DNA of 64,000 bases, taken from assembly GCA_964016885.1 (NCBI GenBank), contig CAXHJY010001643.1:1-64000 (forward strand), written 5' to 3'. The notes under the pieces were generated by a model that searched no databases, was not told the DNA's origin, and saw only the letters and a list, made by a program, of their open reading frames with translations. The translations under genes and the position numbers were made by a program. The stretch is from Eledone cirrhosa (taxonomy: Eukaryota). Each line of letters begins with the position of its first letter. The stretch's first letter is position 1. Positions 1 through 13,696 of the stretch are shown piece after piece.

Positions 1-32
<32 letters not shown>

Positions 33-654
33 TTATATACATATATATGTTTACGTTTGTATATATGTGTGTATACGTGACTGCGTCCACGTGCATGTTT
101 GTGTACGCGGGGGCGTGGTGTTTATGTGTAGTCATGTGAATGTGTTTCTACGTGTGAGAAGTAGTTTCTGCCCACCGGTTAAATTGTACAGCTACCAATT
201 TGCGGTATAGAATTTTCTTCGTTTATCCGCCTGATAACGGTTAATTACGTAGAGTTAAATCTAAAGACATTGAAATATCTTCCAGAGTCAATATAGCAAG
301 CCGTAGGGCTTTGTAATAGAAAAACAAAACGAAGAAACGAAGAAGCCAAGACTTATCTCTCTTGCCTGATGGTTACATCATTGAAATTACAGAAAGTACA
401 GAGACGATTTCTTATTTCTTGGCTCTGAAATGTAAGACGTAGCTCGTTATCATACTACAAACTACAAACTAAGTAGATTTGTACAGGAATATACACAGTA
501 TTAATAGAATATATATATATATATATAGCAAATAGTTTTATCACCCTCGCCCTCTCTCTACATACATATATATAAATATATACAAATGTACCTCGAATAT
601 GTGTCTATATATTCATATATATATATATATATGAATGCATACACACATATTGAA

Positions 655-822
655 TAAGGTACTCAATACATTATATAGTGAAAAAATCAAACAATAATAT
701 AGAAATGTCTTCTACAGGAAATAGAACTGTTTCATTCATATGAAATCATCAGCAATTCACATTCCTGCTGATTTCAAGTGAATGATAGAGTTCCATTCCT
801 GTAGAAGCCATTTCTATATTAA
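655..822. mobile_element. Family A hammerhead cassette, fold-back copy
   Basis: Inverted arms AATATAGAAATG.CTTCTACAGG / CCTGTAGAAGCCATTTCTATATT. CTGATGA core on minus (750-ish), degenerate CTGCTGA core on plus. Confidence 0.6.
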
Positions 823-937
823 TCTATCTATATATATCTCAGTCGATCGACTTTCGTCAAATCGGACCGAGGAAACAATGTTTTCCGTCGGTCTTTCTAA
901 TTGCTAATACTATCTATCGGTCGCAACTCTAGCTAGA

Positions 938-1052
938 AGGAGCAGCGTGAAATAAAGTGTCTTGCTCAAGGAGATAACGCATCAACCGGTCCGGGAATCG
1001 AACTCACAACCTCACGATTAAGAATGCAATTCTCTTACCACACAGCCACGCG
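938..1052 (-). mobile_element. SINE family 2, 5' part
   Basis: AAGTGTCTTGCTCAAGG...CCGGGAATCGAACTC...CCACACAGCCACGCGC. Confidence 0.68.
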
Positions 1053-1089
1053 CATATATATATATATAATATATATATATATTAAGGTA

Positions 1090-1325
1090 AGGTTGAGGAA
1101 AAAGAGGAAGAGAAGAAGGGAGTACTCACTCTTGGTGCTCCTGGAGATGAGGGTTGTACTTTTTTTCGGGGTCTGTACAACCCCTGTGTAACACCTCCCC
1201 CTATTGGGGATTTCAATTGTTATTTGTTATTGTATTAATAGTTTTATTTTCATATACCTGTATGTAAACTCCCCATTTGTATTTGTCCCCTTCTTTTGTG
1301 CCCTTGTGGCTAATAAAGAAATTTA
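1090..1325 (+). mobile_element. Probable LINE 3'UTR remnant
   Basis: T-rich body ending GTCCCC...TGTGGCTAATAAAGAAA. Similar ends at about 16000-16225 (+) and 27610-27650 (-). Confidence 0.3.
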
Positions 1326-1355
1326 TGAAAATTTATCTATATAGCTGTCTCTGTT

Positions 1356-1392
<37 letters not shown>

Positions 1393-1430
1393 CTATTTCT
1401 CTCTCCCTCCCTTTCTCTTTCTCTCTCTTA

Positions 1431-1511
<81 letters not shown>

Positions 1512-1535
1512 TCACTCTATTTATCTACCTGTATG

Positions 1536-1597
<62 letters not shown>

Positions 1598-3791
1598 CAT
1601 CTATCTATCTATCTATCTATCTATGGGGTCGATTTAATCCACTTTACCCCGAAAAAAAAAAAAAATATTGGTCTTGTGCTTAAATCAGAAACGAATATTT
1701 AGAATCTTAGTAAAGTTGCTGGAATCGAATTTTGATCAAGAAACATCTTATGAGTTGTCTAAGGACGCTACAAAATGATGAATTGGCCTTAACATTATTT
1801 TTATATTAAAATGAAAATATGAATTTTATGATGAATTATTTATATTAGAATTTACTGTCATGTATCTATTATAAAGCAAAGATGGCAAATCACGTGTAAT
1901 ATCGATTCAAGGCATTCATAAATGTTTTATATTAACGTGAGAGCGGCAGAGACCAGATACTAAAAAGTATCGATGATTATGGAAATACATATGGCATACG
2001 GTTTAACAAATAGAGTTTCATAAGACCTATGTTGTGCTATAGTTTGTTAACCTCAGGTCAGGCCCATGTTTGTAATCGTTCCAACCAGGAACAATCCATA
2101 TCTTTTTATATACAGGGTGACTAAATATATACTAGCCTTATTTTTATATGTGATCCCTATTTGTTTCCATATTTTCCCTTAGTTCAGTGATGATCCTGGG
2201 TTTGTTGATATATACCGTATGCTTCAGATAGCCCCCAAGAAAGAAATCAGTGTGTCTGTATTGTCCATTGTAGACATATATATTTTAGATGGTTGTTTAT
2301 AATTTCAGAGAGATTTAGTTGCGACTCCTATTGTGTCGAGTGGCCGTTTAAAGGCTTCTTTCCTAGCTCTTTAATAGAAATACAATTTTAAATATCTCGC
2401 CTAGACAAACATATAACTAATATAAAATAATAACTAAAAGCCAATAAACTAAACATCCGAATTAAAGAGGACATTGATTCAATTACCAAAGTAAAAGTTT
2501 ATAATTTTTACCCGTAACTGTATTATTGAAATCTCATGTCTCCTCGCTAAGATGTTAACGCCTTATAGAATCCTGTTTATGTCCTGACGTTAATGTCAAC
2601 AGTACAATAAAAGGGTATGTTATGTCTTTACACATTGGCTTGGTAGATAGGGAATAAGCCCTGTAGTCACTAATTAAAATGAAAATGAATTACAGATATT
2701 AAATGAAATATATTATTTCTCAGACAGTTTCCCAATTACACAAAGTTTAACTACATTTAAATCAGGATGATATCACAACTAGATTGAACATACCCATAAT
2801 ACATACACGAATCAATGAAGTCATTCACACTTGTTACCTCGACGTGTTAGAAATAGCATATAACTCTCTCACTCTCAAAATAGACCCTACACGCAATCAT
2901 AATAGAACGTCATATATATATATATATATATGGCTATCAAATTTAAGCTCTATCACCTATAACGTTTTAGAATTTAGACAAAAAAGGCTTACATACACAC
3001 AATATATTTCCTGTCTAGGTGACGGTGCTACAATAAATGTTTCGCGTTTCAATGACAAGTTTCTGGGTTCCAAACCTACATTCTCCGTCCCTATAAATTG
3101 TCATTTCTCCAAAGCCACTCTTACATTTAATCAGTATGTCATTTGTACATATATGTAATTATATCTTAGAAATAAATAATTAAAATATCGTTTCTATCTT
3201 TTCAACTTAAACTATAGGGCCTCTCGTATGCAAATATTAATTCATCAAAATAATGTCTATTGTCTAGGATGTGTACGGCGTATTTTCCATTTTCAGTGAA
3301 TATTCTCACGTAAATGTTTCTGTATAAGGGTTTCCATATACATCGAATTACTTATTTCTCTTATGTTCCTAACGCTTTTCATTAAGCATATAAACATTCC
3401 ATCTCTCTGAAATATATAACTATCTATCTCTGTAAGTTATCATTATATTTATAATAGCAATTGTTAACAGACTCCATAGGGCACCAGGCGGCAAAGCACT
3501 TTGATGTATTTGGACACCTCTGTTTACATTCTGGGTTCAAATTACTGCGACGTTGACCACACTGTTTGAACCTCCAGGATCGATAAAATAATTGCATAGA
3601 TATCAGTTTAGTAACAATGGTTGATTTAATCAATAATCGACCATTGGTAAAATATGTAAATTTGAATTTATCTTAGAAACAATTTATAATAATTTTGTTC
3701 ATATGAATAGGTGTGGAAATTTTAGAAACGGTCTAGTGTCGGATTAAAATAAACCATGGTATTTAGTAACAACCCCTTATGTCATTACTTC

Positions 3792-3912
3792 TAATAATGA
3801 TTTCTGATTAAGGCACAAGGCCAACAATTTATGAGAAGGGGAAATATCAACCCCAGCACGTGATTGGTTCTTTATTTTATCGACCCCGAAAGGATGAAAG
3901 GCAAAGTAGACC
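3792..3912 (-). mobile_element. SINE family 1 fragment
   Basis: TTTTATCGACCCCGAAAGGATGAAAGGCAAAG plus tail. A tail-only + copy lies at 1624-1699. Confidence 0.7.
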
Positions 3913-4164
3913 ATGTGGAGTATTTACTTCTAGTAATGTTGGTTTCCACATCAACTTTCATCTTTTCTCCATAGCTTGTCTGTTTATCACTTCTATACAA
4001 ATTTATCAGAAAAAGGAAATCACTGTTTCGTTTTTGCTTTTGTAATAGATACAAAATATCAGAGCCTCTATATTCTTTATCAGCTCGCCCCGAATTTGCA
4101 GGTATAAATATAGTCTAGATAGATGAGAAATAAAACGAGGATGTAGTTTATGGAACACCCAAAT

Positions 4165-4851
4165 GATTTAGAAGTCGACCTCAAGTAGGAGCAATAACAT
4201 TAAGAAAGACATGAACGACACCACATGATTTTGTATTGAACATTTTGAAAGTAGGTTTATAAGTATGAATTTTCATAGGATATTCGTAGTTGTCTCTGTG
4301 GGCTAGCGGTAGGTACTAGAGTCGGTGGAGATCCTGGTCTTGGGTTCAATCCTGGTCAAGAAGTGCATGTAACTTTTTCAGTTTTTATTTTACAACCAAT
4401 AGAAAAAAAAACTGAAAAGGTTTACCGGGAACCCTTCTCCCGCCCAGGATAGAACTTCAAACCCGGATTACCACCATCTATGACTCCTCCAACTCAGCCA
4501 CTGAGACAGATACGAGAGTAAAATGAAAATTGATAATTATAAACCTACTTTCAAAATCAAAGTTAAAAAGATGTGGTGTCGTTCATGGCTTTCCTAGAGC
4601 TATTAGTAATATTTAGAGTCGACTTCTGGTCATTAGTGAAAGTCTCTGGATTTCGCAAAATACATAATATATCTTATTGGAGAAGGTAAGATATTTTTCC
4701 GCAAAAATTTGATTGCATTGTTTTGTTTCCACTTATGTATTTTTCGAAAATGTTATTTATTCATTATAAAAATTAAATGATAGCATTCTATATGTAGGTG
4801 GGCCCCCTTCATCTCCTGGCAACCAATATTTTTAGACCGAGTCCGCCACTG

Positions 4852-4853
<2 letters not shown>
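4165..4853. mobile_element. Non-autonomous DNA element with internal ~230-bp inverted repeat
   Basis: Inverted arms 4168-4360 / 4440-4628. Right end GTCCGCCACTG abuts (TA)n. A second partial copy lies at 46280-46666. Confidence 0.6.
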
Positions 4854-4882
<29 letters not shown>

Positions 4883-6334
4883 TTGTGTGTTTGTGTGTGT
4901 GTGTGTGTGTGTATTCTTCACTTCTTCTCTGTCATTCTATGTACAAGAATTAGGATCAATAAATTTCCACAAGTCATTGTCCCTTTTTTGATCTTCGAAT
5001 CAAAATTATGATTAGCATTGCAAAATGTGATACCTCATTTTTTTTAGGTCACAACTTAATGGAGACTTTTCAGACCTTTCAAGCTTGCTGAAGGAGCGTA
5101 GTTTAAACTGTGCAGTATAATGAGACAATGTTTTCATCAATTAGGTTCTTGCGATCACATTAGACCACATACTATAGACCCAATGTAAATATTAGTTTCA
5201 TGTAGCTTGAAAATATCATGTTTGCAGAGTAATTTGTGAATTAAATTATTCCTATGAAGTTATTTAATTCCACGCGTGATCGGGAATTCACACTGAATAT
5301 TAATTGAAATTTTGGTTTTGTTCTATAATATTTTATTTATGATTTGTTACAGAACTTTGATTGATGAAAGCCATGCTTTGTTTGACGAGGGCTTCCCATA
5401 ACGTGTTGCTTTTACTGTAGAACCAGGGTTCATTTGGTTTATGCAATATATATAATTAATTTTGTTGTTTAATTTATACTATTACTTTTATTTTGTTGAA
5501 TCTCTTTCCTTTATTTTCTTTCCTATGATTACTAAATTATGCTGTATATCCATTATTCTCGAGTCATTATTTGATTCCATTAATTCTTTTGATTTATATT
5601 TCTTCATTGGCGGAGGAAAAGTAACTAATAAAAAGGATTGTTTGAGTAAGGATTTTATAAATTACATGTTATATCTGTACTGACATTAATTATGTCTATA
5701 ACTATATAAGCACTTATTGTTTTATTTTTAATGCTTAAAGATTCAATATACGTATTAATTATATTTCGATCCTTACACTTACAAATAGTGTTGTTGATGA
5801 ATGCCCTGTGTATTGAATTAAACTAGATGGCAGATATTTCGTCAGCTTGCCATCTTTAGCTTGTCGAGCAACAAAACCTGAGGATCGCAATCTGTTGAAG
5901 TAACTTTCCGATAGGTTTGTAGTTGAATCTATAGTGATGGAGACTTCGGAGGTTTAAGTCCTTCAATTATTTCTCTACTCATTGCTATGAAGACAGAGTT
6001 AGCCTCTCGCAGTAATGAGTCTCCAGGTTTTGAATGTCGCTATCCTCCAAGGCAGCGATTTCTCCGTTCCGTCTGCTCGGAGCTGAAGGCGTCATGCATC
6101 TGTGATTCAACACACCGAAGACACACACACACTCTCTCTCCACTCTTTCTCTCTCACTCACACGCGCACACACACACACACACATACATGCTCTCTCTCC
6201 CATTCTTTCTCACTCACACACACTCACACACGTCCTTCATCGTTCATTTAATAAGGAAAATTACATTATTGTTGAATGCTGGGATATCGTATTACATATT
6301 ATTTTTTAAATGACGTTTTTTCTCGTAGACATAT

Positions 6335-6429
6335 TGGAGGTGTTGTAATGCTGGAGGTGTTGTAATGCTGGAGGTGTTGTAATGTTGGAGGTGTTGTAAT
6401 GTTGGAGATGTTGTAATGTTGGAGGTGTT
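6335..6429. repeat. 17-bp tandem repeat x5
   Basis: GGAGGTGTTGTAATG(C/T)T. Confidence 0.9.
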
Positions 6430-6982
6430 TGTTTGTAACGTTATTGTTGTTTGAGAGAGCAGACGATATATTGGTAAAAGGTCATTACAGACATGACCAA
6501 TATATCACCTTCTATTTTGGAAAAGTGTACACAGGAGAATGTTATCTCTGGCCTATATTCACAAGAAGTGCATATAAACAGATAAAATGAGTAATAAATT
6601 TACTCAAAGTCTGCCGTGAGGAATACTAAAAGTCTAACATTGATAGAAACCGTCACCACACAGACTTTCTGCCTAAAATGTTAGAATTTTTTACTCTTCC
6701 TGAGAATTCTCATAAATTCATTGATTAGGCAAATTAAAGAAATGATATTAGAAAATTTCCCATGAGTTTATTCCGCATATAGAACGCATAGTTAGGAGCA
6801 AATTACCGTGTTTCGGCGTTAGACTGCAAATAGATTTTTAAAACAATTGATATTATAACACTGAGATTTTCGAATATCATTATTTTGAATTGTGGAATCA
6901 GTGAATTATCAGCCCACAACATCCTATATCTTTTAGTCAGCATGAGGTCTATGTATTGCTATAGTGGTGTCTTTTTATAATA

Positions 6983-7164
6983 AGGGTGGCGGAGTGGCAG
7001 TATCGGTAGAGCGTCAGGCACACTGCTTTACAGCAGAGAGTTACGCCTCTTACGGTGTAAGTTCAAATCCCGCCGAGGATAGCTTTGCCTTTCATCCTTA
7101 CGAGGTCGATAAAATAAAGTACCAGTAATACACTAGGATCGGTTTAATCGACATTCCCCTCCCC
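6983..7164 (+). mobile_element. tRNA-derived SINE, family 1 (Deu/Nin-like core)
   Basis: A-box-like GGCAGTATCGGTAGAG, B-box GTTCAAATCCC, core CTTTGCCTTTCATCCTTACG.GGTCGATAAAATAAAGTACCAG. Confidence 0.8.
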
Positions 7165-7179
7165 ATGTGTGTGTGTGAG

Positions 7180-7352
7180 TCCCGGCTTCAATCGGGGGTA
7201 AACACAGTAGGTAAGGTACTTAAGACATTAGTAGAGTGTAAACATCATGTTTAATTTAGAAATTGCTTCTACAGGACTAGAACTATTTCATTCTTGATGA
7301 TTTCTTTTGAATGAAACAGTTCTAGTCATGTAGAAGCCATTTCTATATTAAA
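7180..7352. mobile_element. Family A hammerhead cassette, fold-back copy
   Basis: Same arms. TTGATGA-TTTC(tttt)GAAT-GAAACAGTTCTAGTC.TGTAGAAGCC, followed by (TA)n. Confidence 0.6.
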
Positions 7353-8933
7353 CTTGATACATATATATATATATAAGGGAAATCTTATATAAACGTCTGT
7401 ATGAGTGAGACTTTATGTTTACCGGTGTAAATATGGATTGATAAAATAAGTCCCAGTTGAAATTATATACCGGGTTTTATATGCAATTACTGACAACCTT
7501 GAAGAGGATGTTACAGCTTTGTAAGAAGAACAAACAAAATACTATAAGAATAGAGTGCAGTCACTGGAAAATAAAGTCGTTTTAGTTTATAAATGAAATA
7601 ACATTGAATTTATTCTCGGTTATTATACACTTAAGGTAGAGAATAAAACAAATATTATTTACACTTAACCCCATGAGGAGGTGGTCATATCAGATTCGTT
7701 TATGCTTAATGAAAACAAATTACTATGATGTTTTAAGAATCTCTAAAAACAACACTATGACTGTACAACATTGATGTCTTTACTTAAGGTTATTGCGAAT
7801 TTCCATAAAGATATGTCCACTAGTAAAAACACATATATTAAACATTTGAATTAACAATTCTAGATTTAGATTGCTTTTGTTAATTGATTTTTGTGTGTGT
7901 GTTTGATAAATCATTAAATGATGTAAGAGGTAATGATTAAATTTAACCAAGAGCGGGGTAAGAGAAAGGCTTTTAATTTATTAAAACTACAATGTCGGCA
8001 ATACAGTAGTGGCAGTCAGTTTAAACTTGTGAATTTATTTAGTACTAGAATTTTTTTCCATACGCTGACGGGTATGTATATGTGTGTGTGTGTGTGTATA
8101 TGTGTGTGTATGTGTATATGCATACATTTATATATATGAGTATATAAATATAAACGCACAAACAGACACACTTACAAAAATACACACTCACAGACATACA
8201 TCCACACAAACACATAGATGTATTCACACAAACACATACATTTACACAAACACACACATATAACCATACACACATACAGCGTAGTCTTTTCACCATCCCC
8301 TTCCTTCCTTTTACACACACATATATTCACTCAGGCAGCAGACGTAAAAAGAGAGGAGTAGTATGAGGTAGTCAAACTACTCCTTTCTCCTTACATGTTG
8401 TGACAGAATCGCAGAAATTTGTATTTAAATAAGACCCTATTCTAGATCAACAGTAAATAATGAAGAACTATAAAAAGTAATGGAAGCAAATGGAATGGAC
8501 TGACGGGAAGATAGCAAGGTGGAATATAGGTAAAATATACAGCAACTGAAACAGCTTCAGGTAGCACATACACACACATATATACATATATACACAAATA
8601 TACATATATACACATACACTCATACATATACACCTATACACATCCACATATACATATATATATACATATATACACAAATATATATATACACATACACACA
8701 CATACACATATATACATATACACATACACTGACGTGCACACATACAAACTTATACACATATACAAATATACATATATACACACATCGATATAGTAAAATA
8801 ACTGCCACTGAAATCCCAATTCACAACAATAACAATAACAAAGATCTATAGGTGTGTATATAGTATAGAGGTAGAATAAGAGAAAATACACACACACACA
8901 CACACATATATATAAATATGTGTGTATGTATAT

Positions 8934-8991
<58 letters not shown>

Positions 8992-9379
8992 TTATATATA
9001 TATACATATATATATGTATATATATGCCTTGGCTATGTGTCTGTGTGTGTAACATACAGATAGATAAATAAATATACAGATCGATAGTGATAGGTAGATA
9101 GTTAGCTAGATATATAGTTAAACAGAGCGTCCGATTAGAAGTGAGATAGTATAGATGCAGATTTGGCGAGACGGTTTGCTTGTAGTGTCATAGAAGACAT
9201 TCTAATAGGTGGCCATTAGAGTAGATAATTGCTAGCTTCCTTCTCTCAAGGCTGGAGTTATTACCCCAAACACAACACACTGCTTTATTGACATTACAGG
9301 TCAATAAGAGTAGTTTCAAATACAGCCTTATAGATCGGAAGGCCAGTTAGTGTACATGGCTATATAAGCTGGTCTGTGT

Positions 9380-9419
<40 letters not shown>

Positions 9420-9865
9420 GTGCTTGTGGTGCTGGTGTTGGTGATGGTTGTTGTTGGTGCTGTTGTTGTTGTTATTAGTGCTTGTGGTGCTGGTGGTGGT
9501 TGTTGCTGGTGTTGTTGTTGTTGTTGTTAGTGCTTCTGGTGGTGGTGGCGTTGTTGTTGTTGGTGGTGGTTGTTGCTGGTGGTGTTGTTGTTGTTATTAG
9601 TGCTTGTGGTGCTGGTGTTGTTGTTGGTGGTGGTCATGTTAGTGCTGGTGTTGGTACTGTTGTTGTTGGTGGTGATACTGGTGCTGCTTGGCTTGTGTGA
9701 GAAGGACATGTGTTAATCACGTGTTTACACTTGGATGTTCTGTCGCGGGATAGTCTTTCTCTATCTCCCATCTTCCTTGTTACATTACAAGTTGTCATGG
9801 TGACTATCTAATTTCCAACCTAGTCTGGCCAAAGCCATTTGTCACTCCGTATGTGTGTAAGGTTA

Positions 9866-9935
<70 letters not shown>

Positions 9936-10082
9936 GTATGTATGTATGTATGTATATATATATATATATATATATACATCACTTAATCACTCACCCTTCA
10001 TTCGTCCTGACTGTCTGTCATTATGTCTTTTTATTCCTGTATACACACCCACACACAAACCCACACACATACACACACACGC

Positions 10083-10145
<63 letters not shown>

Positions 10146-11055
10146 CAGAGGAATAAATAGCTAGATAGATAAATCGGTAGACGAATTGATTGATAGATTG
10201 ATAGATATAGTGACATCAAACACAAGAAGAAGAAGAAGAAGAAGAAGAAGAAGAAGAAGAAGAAATTATCGACTGTAGGATTGGACTGGTACTTCTTTAT
10301 CGACCTCGAATGGATGTGAGGTAAAGCTGCCCTCGGCGGGTTTTGACCTCGGAGGGCAGCGAGAGGGACCGAATACCTGAAAGCATTTTATCCGACATTC
10401 TAATAACTATGCTAGATATACAGTACTCGGAGATGAAGGTGATTGACATGTGATTGGCCTTCGATCCCCTATCTGCTTGATGAAGGTTTACTTGGTATTT
10501 GGGGCCTAAACTGCAAACGTCAATTTACCTCTGTTTTCCCATATAAGGTAATCAATTTACATGACGGAAAACTTGTGAGCGAAATTGCGTAGACAAAATT
10601 TTATAGCTCTCAAGGCCATCTCTGTACGTAATTAAAGAGTCAGCTTTGTTGATCGTTGTGTCATACTGAATCTTCCTGAGATTTTCGTTAAATGTTTATG
10701 TGTAATACACTTCTATTCATTAGTAAAATTAGTCAAAAGGCTGTTCAATTACTTATGCAACTAAATCAATCATCGTGGAAGCTGACGGCGGTCCATTTAC
10801 TACTTTCACTGCAGAGGCTAATTTATGAAAAATAACCTCGAGCGGGTTGACAGAACAGAAATGTATCAATTTAAGATTTTGATAACTAGAAATAAATAAC
10901 GTTTGTTGGAGAGTGTTGTCAGAATGAAGCAATATTTGGCACCAGTAGACAGTTAATAAATGGGAATAGTCAGGGCAGTGACACGTTGGAAATGGGAAAT
11001 GATGGATACTCAATTATATATTTATTTGATTATATATAGCATATTGTGAACTAGA

Positions 11056-11149
11056 GTGTCGTTGAATACAGGTTTCTGTCGGGTCAATCTCTGGTTTGTA
11101 GCCACATGTGTCGTTGAATGCAGGTTTCTGTCGGGTCAATCTCTGGTTT
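11056..11149. repeat. 52-bp tandem duplication
   Basis: GTGTCGTTGAAT.CAGGTTTCTGTCGGGTCAATCTCTGGTTT twice. Confidence 0.9.
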
Positions 11150-11287
11150 TTACTACGCGATCTCATTGAAAATGAATTTCCCGAGAGGGAAAATCTAAAT
11201 TCAGTAAGTGTTGTTGATATGTTTGTAGTTTCTTTATATATTTTAGATAACCTATATAACATCACAGTGAGTGTGTGTCTTTGATAT

Positions 11288-11397
11288 AATTGTTTCTACT
11301 TTTGGCACAAGGCCAGTACCTACCCTGTGTATTATTGGTACTTTATTTTATCGACCTCGTAAGGATGAAAAGCAAAGTTAACCTCAGCGGGATTTGA
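11288..11397 (-). mobile_element. SINE family 1 fragment
   Basis: Core and tail. Confidence 0.75.
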
Positions 11398-12381
11398 TAT
11401 AATGTTTACTAAAGTGATTAAAACTCTAGTGAAATAAACTGATAAAGAAGCCAAATCATTGATAAAGATTCTTCGTTAAACTTTCTGCAGTACTTCGTTA
11501 CTTTCTGCATTGGAACATATAATGGCAAAGTGTTTCTCCAGGGTTTCCACAAGATCATAGACGTGATTTCATACGACCAGTTCATGATAAAATATAGTCC
11601 AACGGTATAAGACCAGTTCGAAGGAAGCATAGTCTTTATTTATTTAAACTATTGAGTGTGTGATACGCTTTAAAAGTTGACAGAACTGGCTTAAATGATT
11701 GAGGGTTGAAATTTGAGAGTTTATCACAAGATTCCTCCGAAAGGTATGTCTTGTGATCAAATAACATCAAAAACACGAACAACAACAATGATACTATCAC
11801 CAAACATTTTGACAGAGTTCAGTTTTTGGTTCACGCTCAGTAGAAAGTTAGTTTAATTTTTGTTCTGATTTAAAAATAAACTAAAAATAAACCCCACCCC
11901 AAATCTATTATAAACCAACAATAATAAAAATAGCCCCCCCCCCACGAAAATACCATTTAAAAAATTACAAACAACAAAGAACATAAACAACAACAACCAC
12001 GAAAGCAACAATGACAGCATCATCAACAACAACAACAGCAAAAATAACAACACCACCAGCACCAACTCCAACACTAACAACAACAACAGCACCACCACCA
12101 CCAGCAACAACAACCACCACTAACAACAACAACAACAATAACAACATCAAGGATCAAAAGCAACCAAATATAAAGTAATCAAAATAAATGGAATAATTGT
12201 TATATATTTGACTTTAAAATAGAGCCGTGGTGATTCTAAAAGCTTATAGCTCTGCCCTCTCAAGATGGCGGATATTAAGGTATAAACCTGCCACCAGACA
12301 ATAAAAACAATATATAAAGATCAGTTTCAGTCAGTCATCATTATTTATTTTCTTTACCGCAAAGAATTTTATATTGTGTTC

Positions 12382-12623
12382 TTATATATTAACCGACCTC
12401 TCTATACTGACACACGAGCGTAAGAGCTCTCTCTCTCACCCTCTCTCTCGCTCTCTCTCTCTCGCTCCCTCTCTCTCTCTTATATATTAACCGACCTCTC
12501 TATACTGACACGCGAGCGTAAGAGCTCTCTCACTCCCTCTCTCTCGCTCTCTCTCTCTCGCTCCCTCTCTCTCTCTTATATATTAACCGACCTCTCTATA
12601 CTGACACACGAGCATAAGAGCTC

Positions 12624-12668
<45 letters not shown>

Positions 12669-12897
12669 TATATATTAACCGACCTCTCTATACTGACACG
12701 CGAGCGTAAGAGCTCTCTCTCTCCCCTCTCTCTCGCTCTCTCTCTGTCTCTCTCTTATATATTAACCGACCTCTCTATACTGACACGCGAGCGTAAGAGC
12801 TCTCTCTCTCTCTCTCTCTCTCCCTCTCTCTCTCTCTCTGTCTCTTTCTTATATATTAACCGACCTCTCTATACTGACACACGAGCGTAAGAGCTCC
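12382..12897. repeat. Minisatellite, 6 x (46-bp constant + variable (CT)n)
   Basis: TTATATATTAACCGACCTCTCTATACTGACAC(A/G)CGAGCGTAAGAGC repeated six times. Confidence 0.95.
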
Positions 12898-13062
12898 GTC
12901 TTTCTCTCTCTCCCCCCCCTCTCTCTGTCTTTCTCTCTTTCACACATACACTCTCTTTCTTTCTCTCATTCTCTCTCCTCACTTTGTGCCATTAGTTTCA
13001 TTCTTGATGTTTGTTCCTGTTAGTCTCCCCTCCCACCTATTCTCCCATCATAATCTTCCTGC

Positions 13063-13155
13063 TGTAGTGTATTACTGGTACTTTATTTTATCGACCCTGT
13101 AAGGATGTAAGGCAAAGTTAACCTCGGCAGGATTTGAACTCAGAATGTAAAGGGC
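13063..13155 (-). mobile_element. SINE family 1 fragment
   Basis: Core and B-box. Confidence 0.75.
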
Positions 13156-13408
13156 TAAGAATTTCTTCTTCTTCTTCTTCTTCTTCTTCTTCTTCTTCTT
13201 CTTCTTCTCCTCCTTCGTCTTCTACTCACACCTCCCTCCCCATCCCCACCCCACGACAATCCATCATTTGTTTCTCCTTTATCTCTTATTTTCCACATTC
13301 TTCCAGTTTCCAAGTATAGACCAAACAGCGTGAACAAGACAAACATGTCATAAACACACTACAACACACTAACACACATAACACACACGTACACACTATA
13401 ACACACAG

Positions 13409-13488
13409 GTATATATATATGTATATATATATATATACATATATATATATACATATATGTATACATATATATATATATATATATATGT

Positions 13489-13574
<86 letters not shown>

Positions 13575-13665
13575 GTATATATATATGTATATATATATAT
13601 GTATATATATGTATATATGTATTTATATATATATATGTATATATATATGTATATATATATGTATA

Positions 13666-13696
<31 letters not shown>

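Noticed and set aside
5878-5884. Other CTGANGA heptamers (5878, 23178, 27189, 38131, 59532)
   Set aside because: No flanking stem I/II/III with correctly placed GAAA; chance matches.
6983-7075. tRNA gene candidates (also 990-1052, 28000-28065, 4292-4357)
   Set aside because: A/B boxes are fused to SINE or repeat bodies and there is no complete cloverleaf.
12382-12897. CRISPR-like repeat/spacer appearance
   Set aside because: Eukaryotic context, spacers are (CT)n rather than unique sequence, no cas genes.
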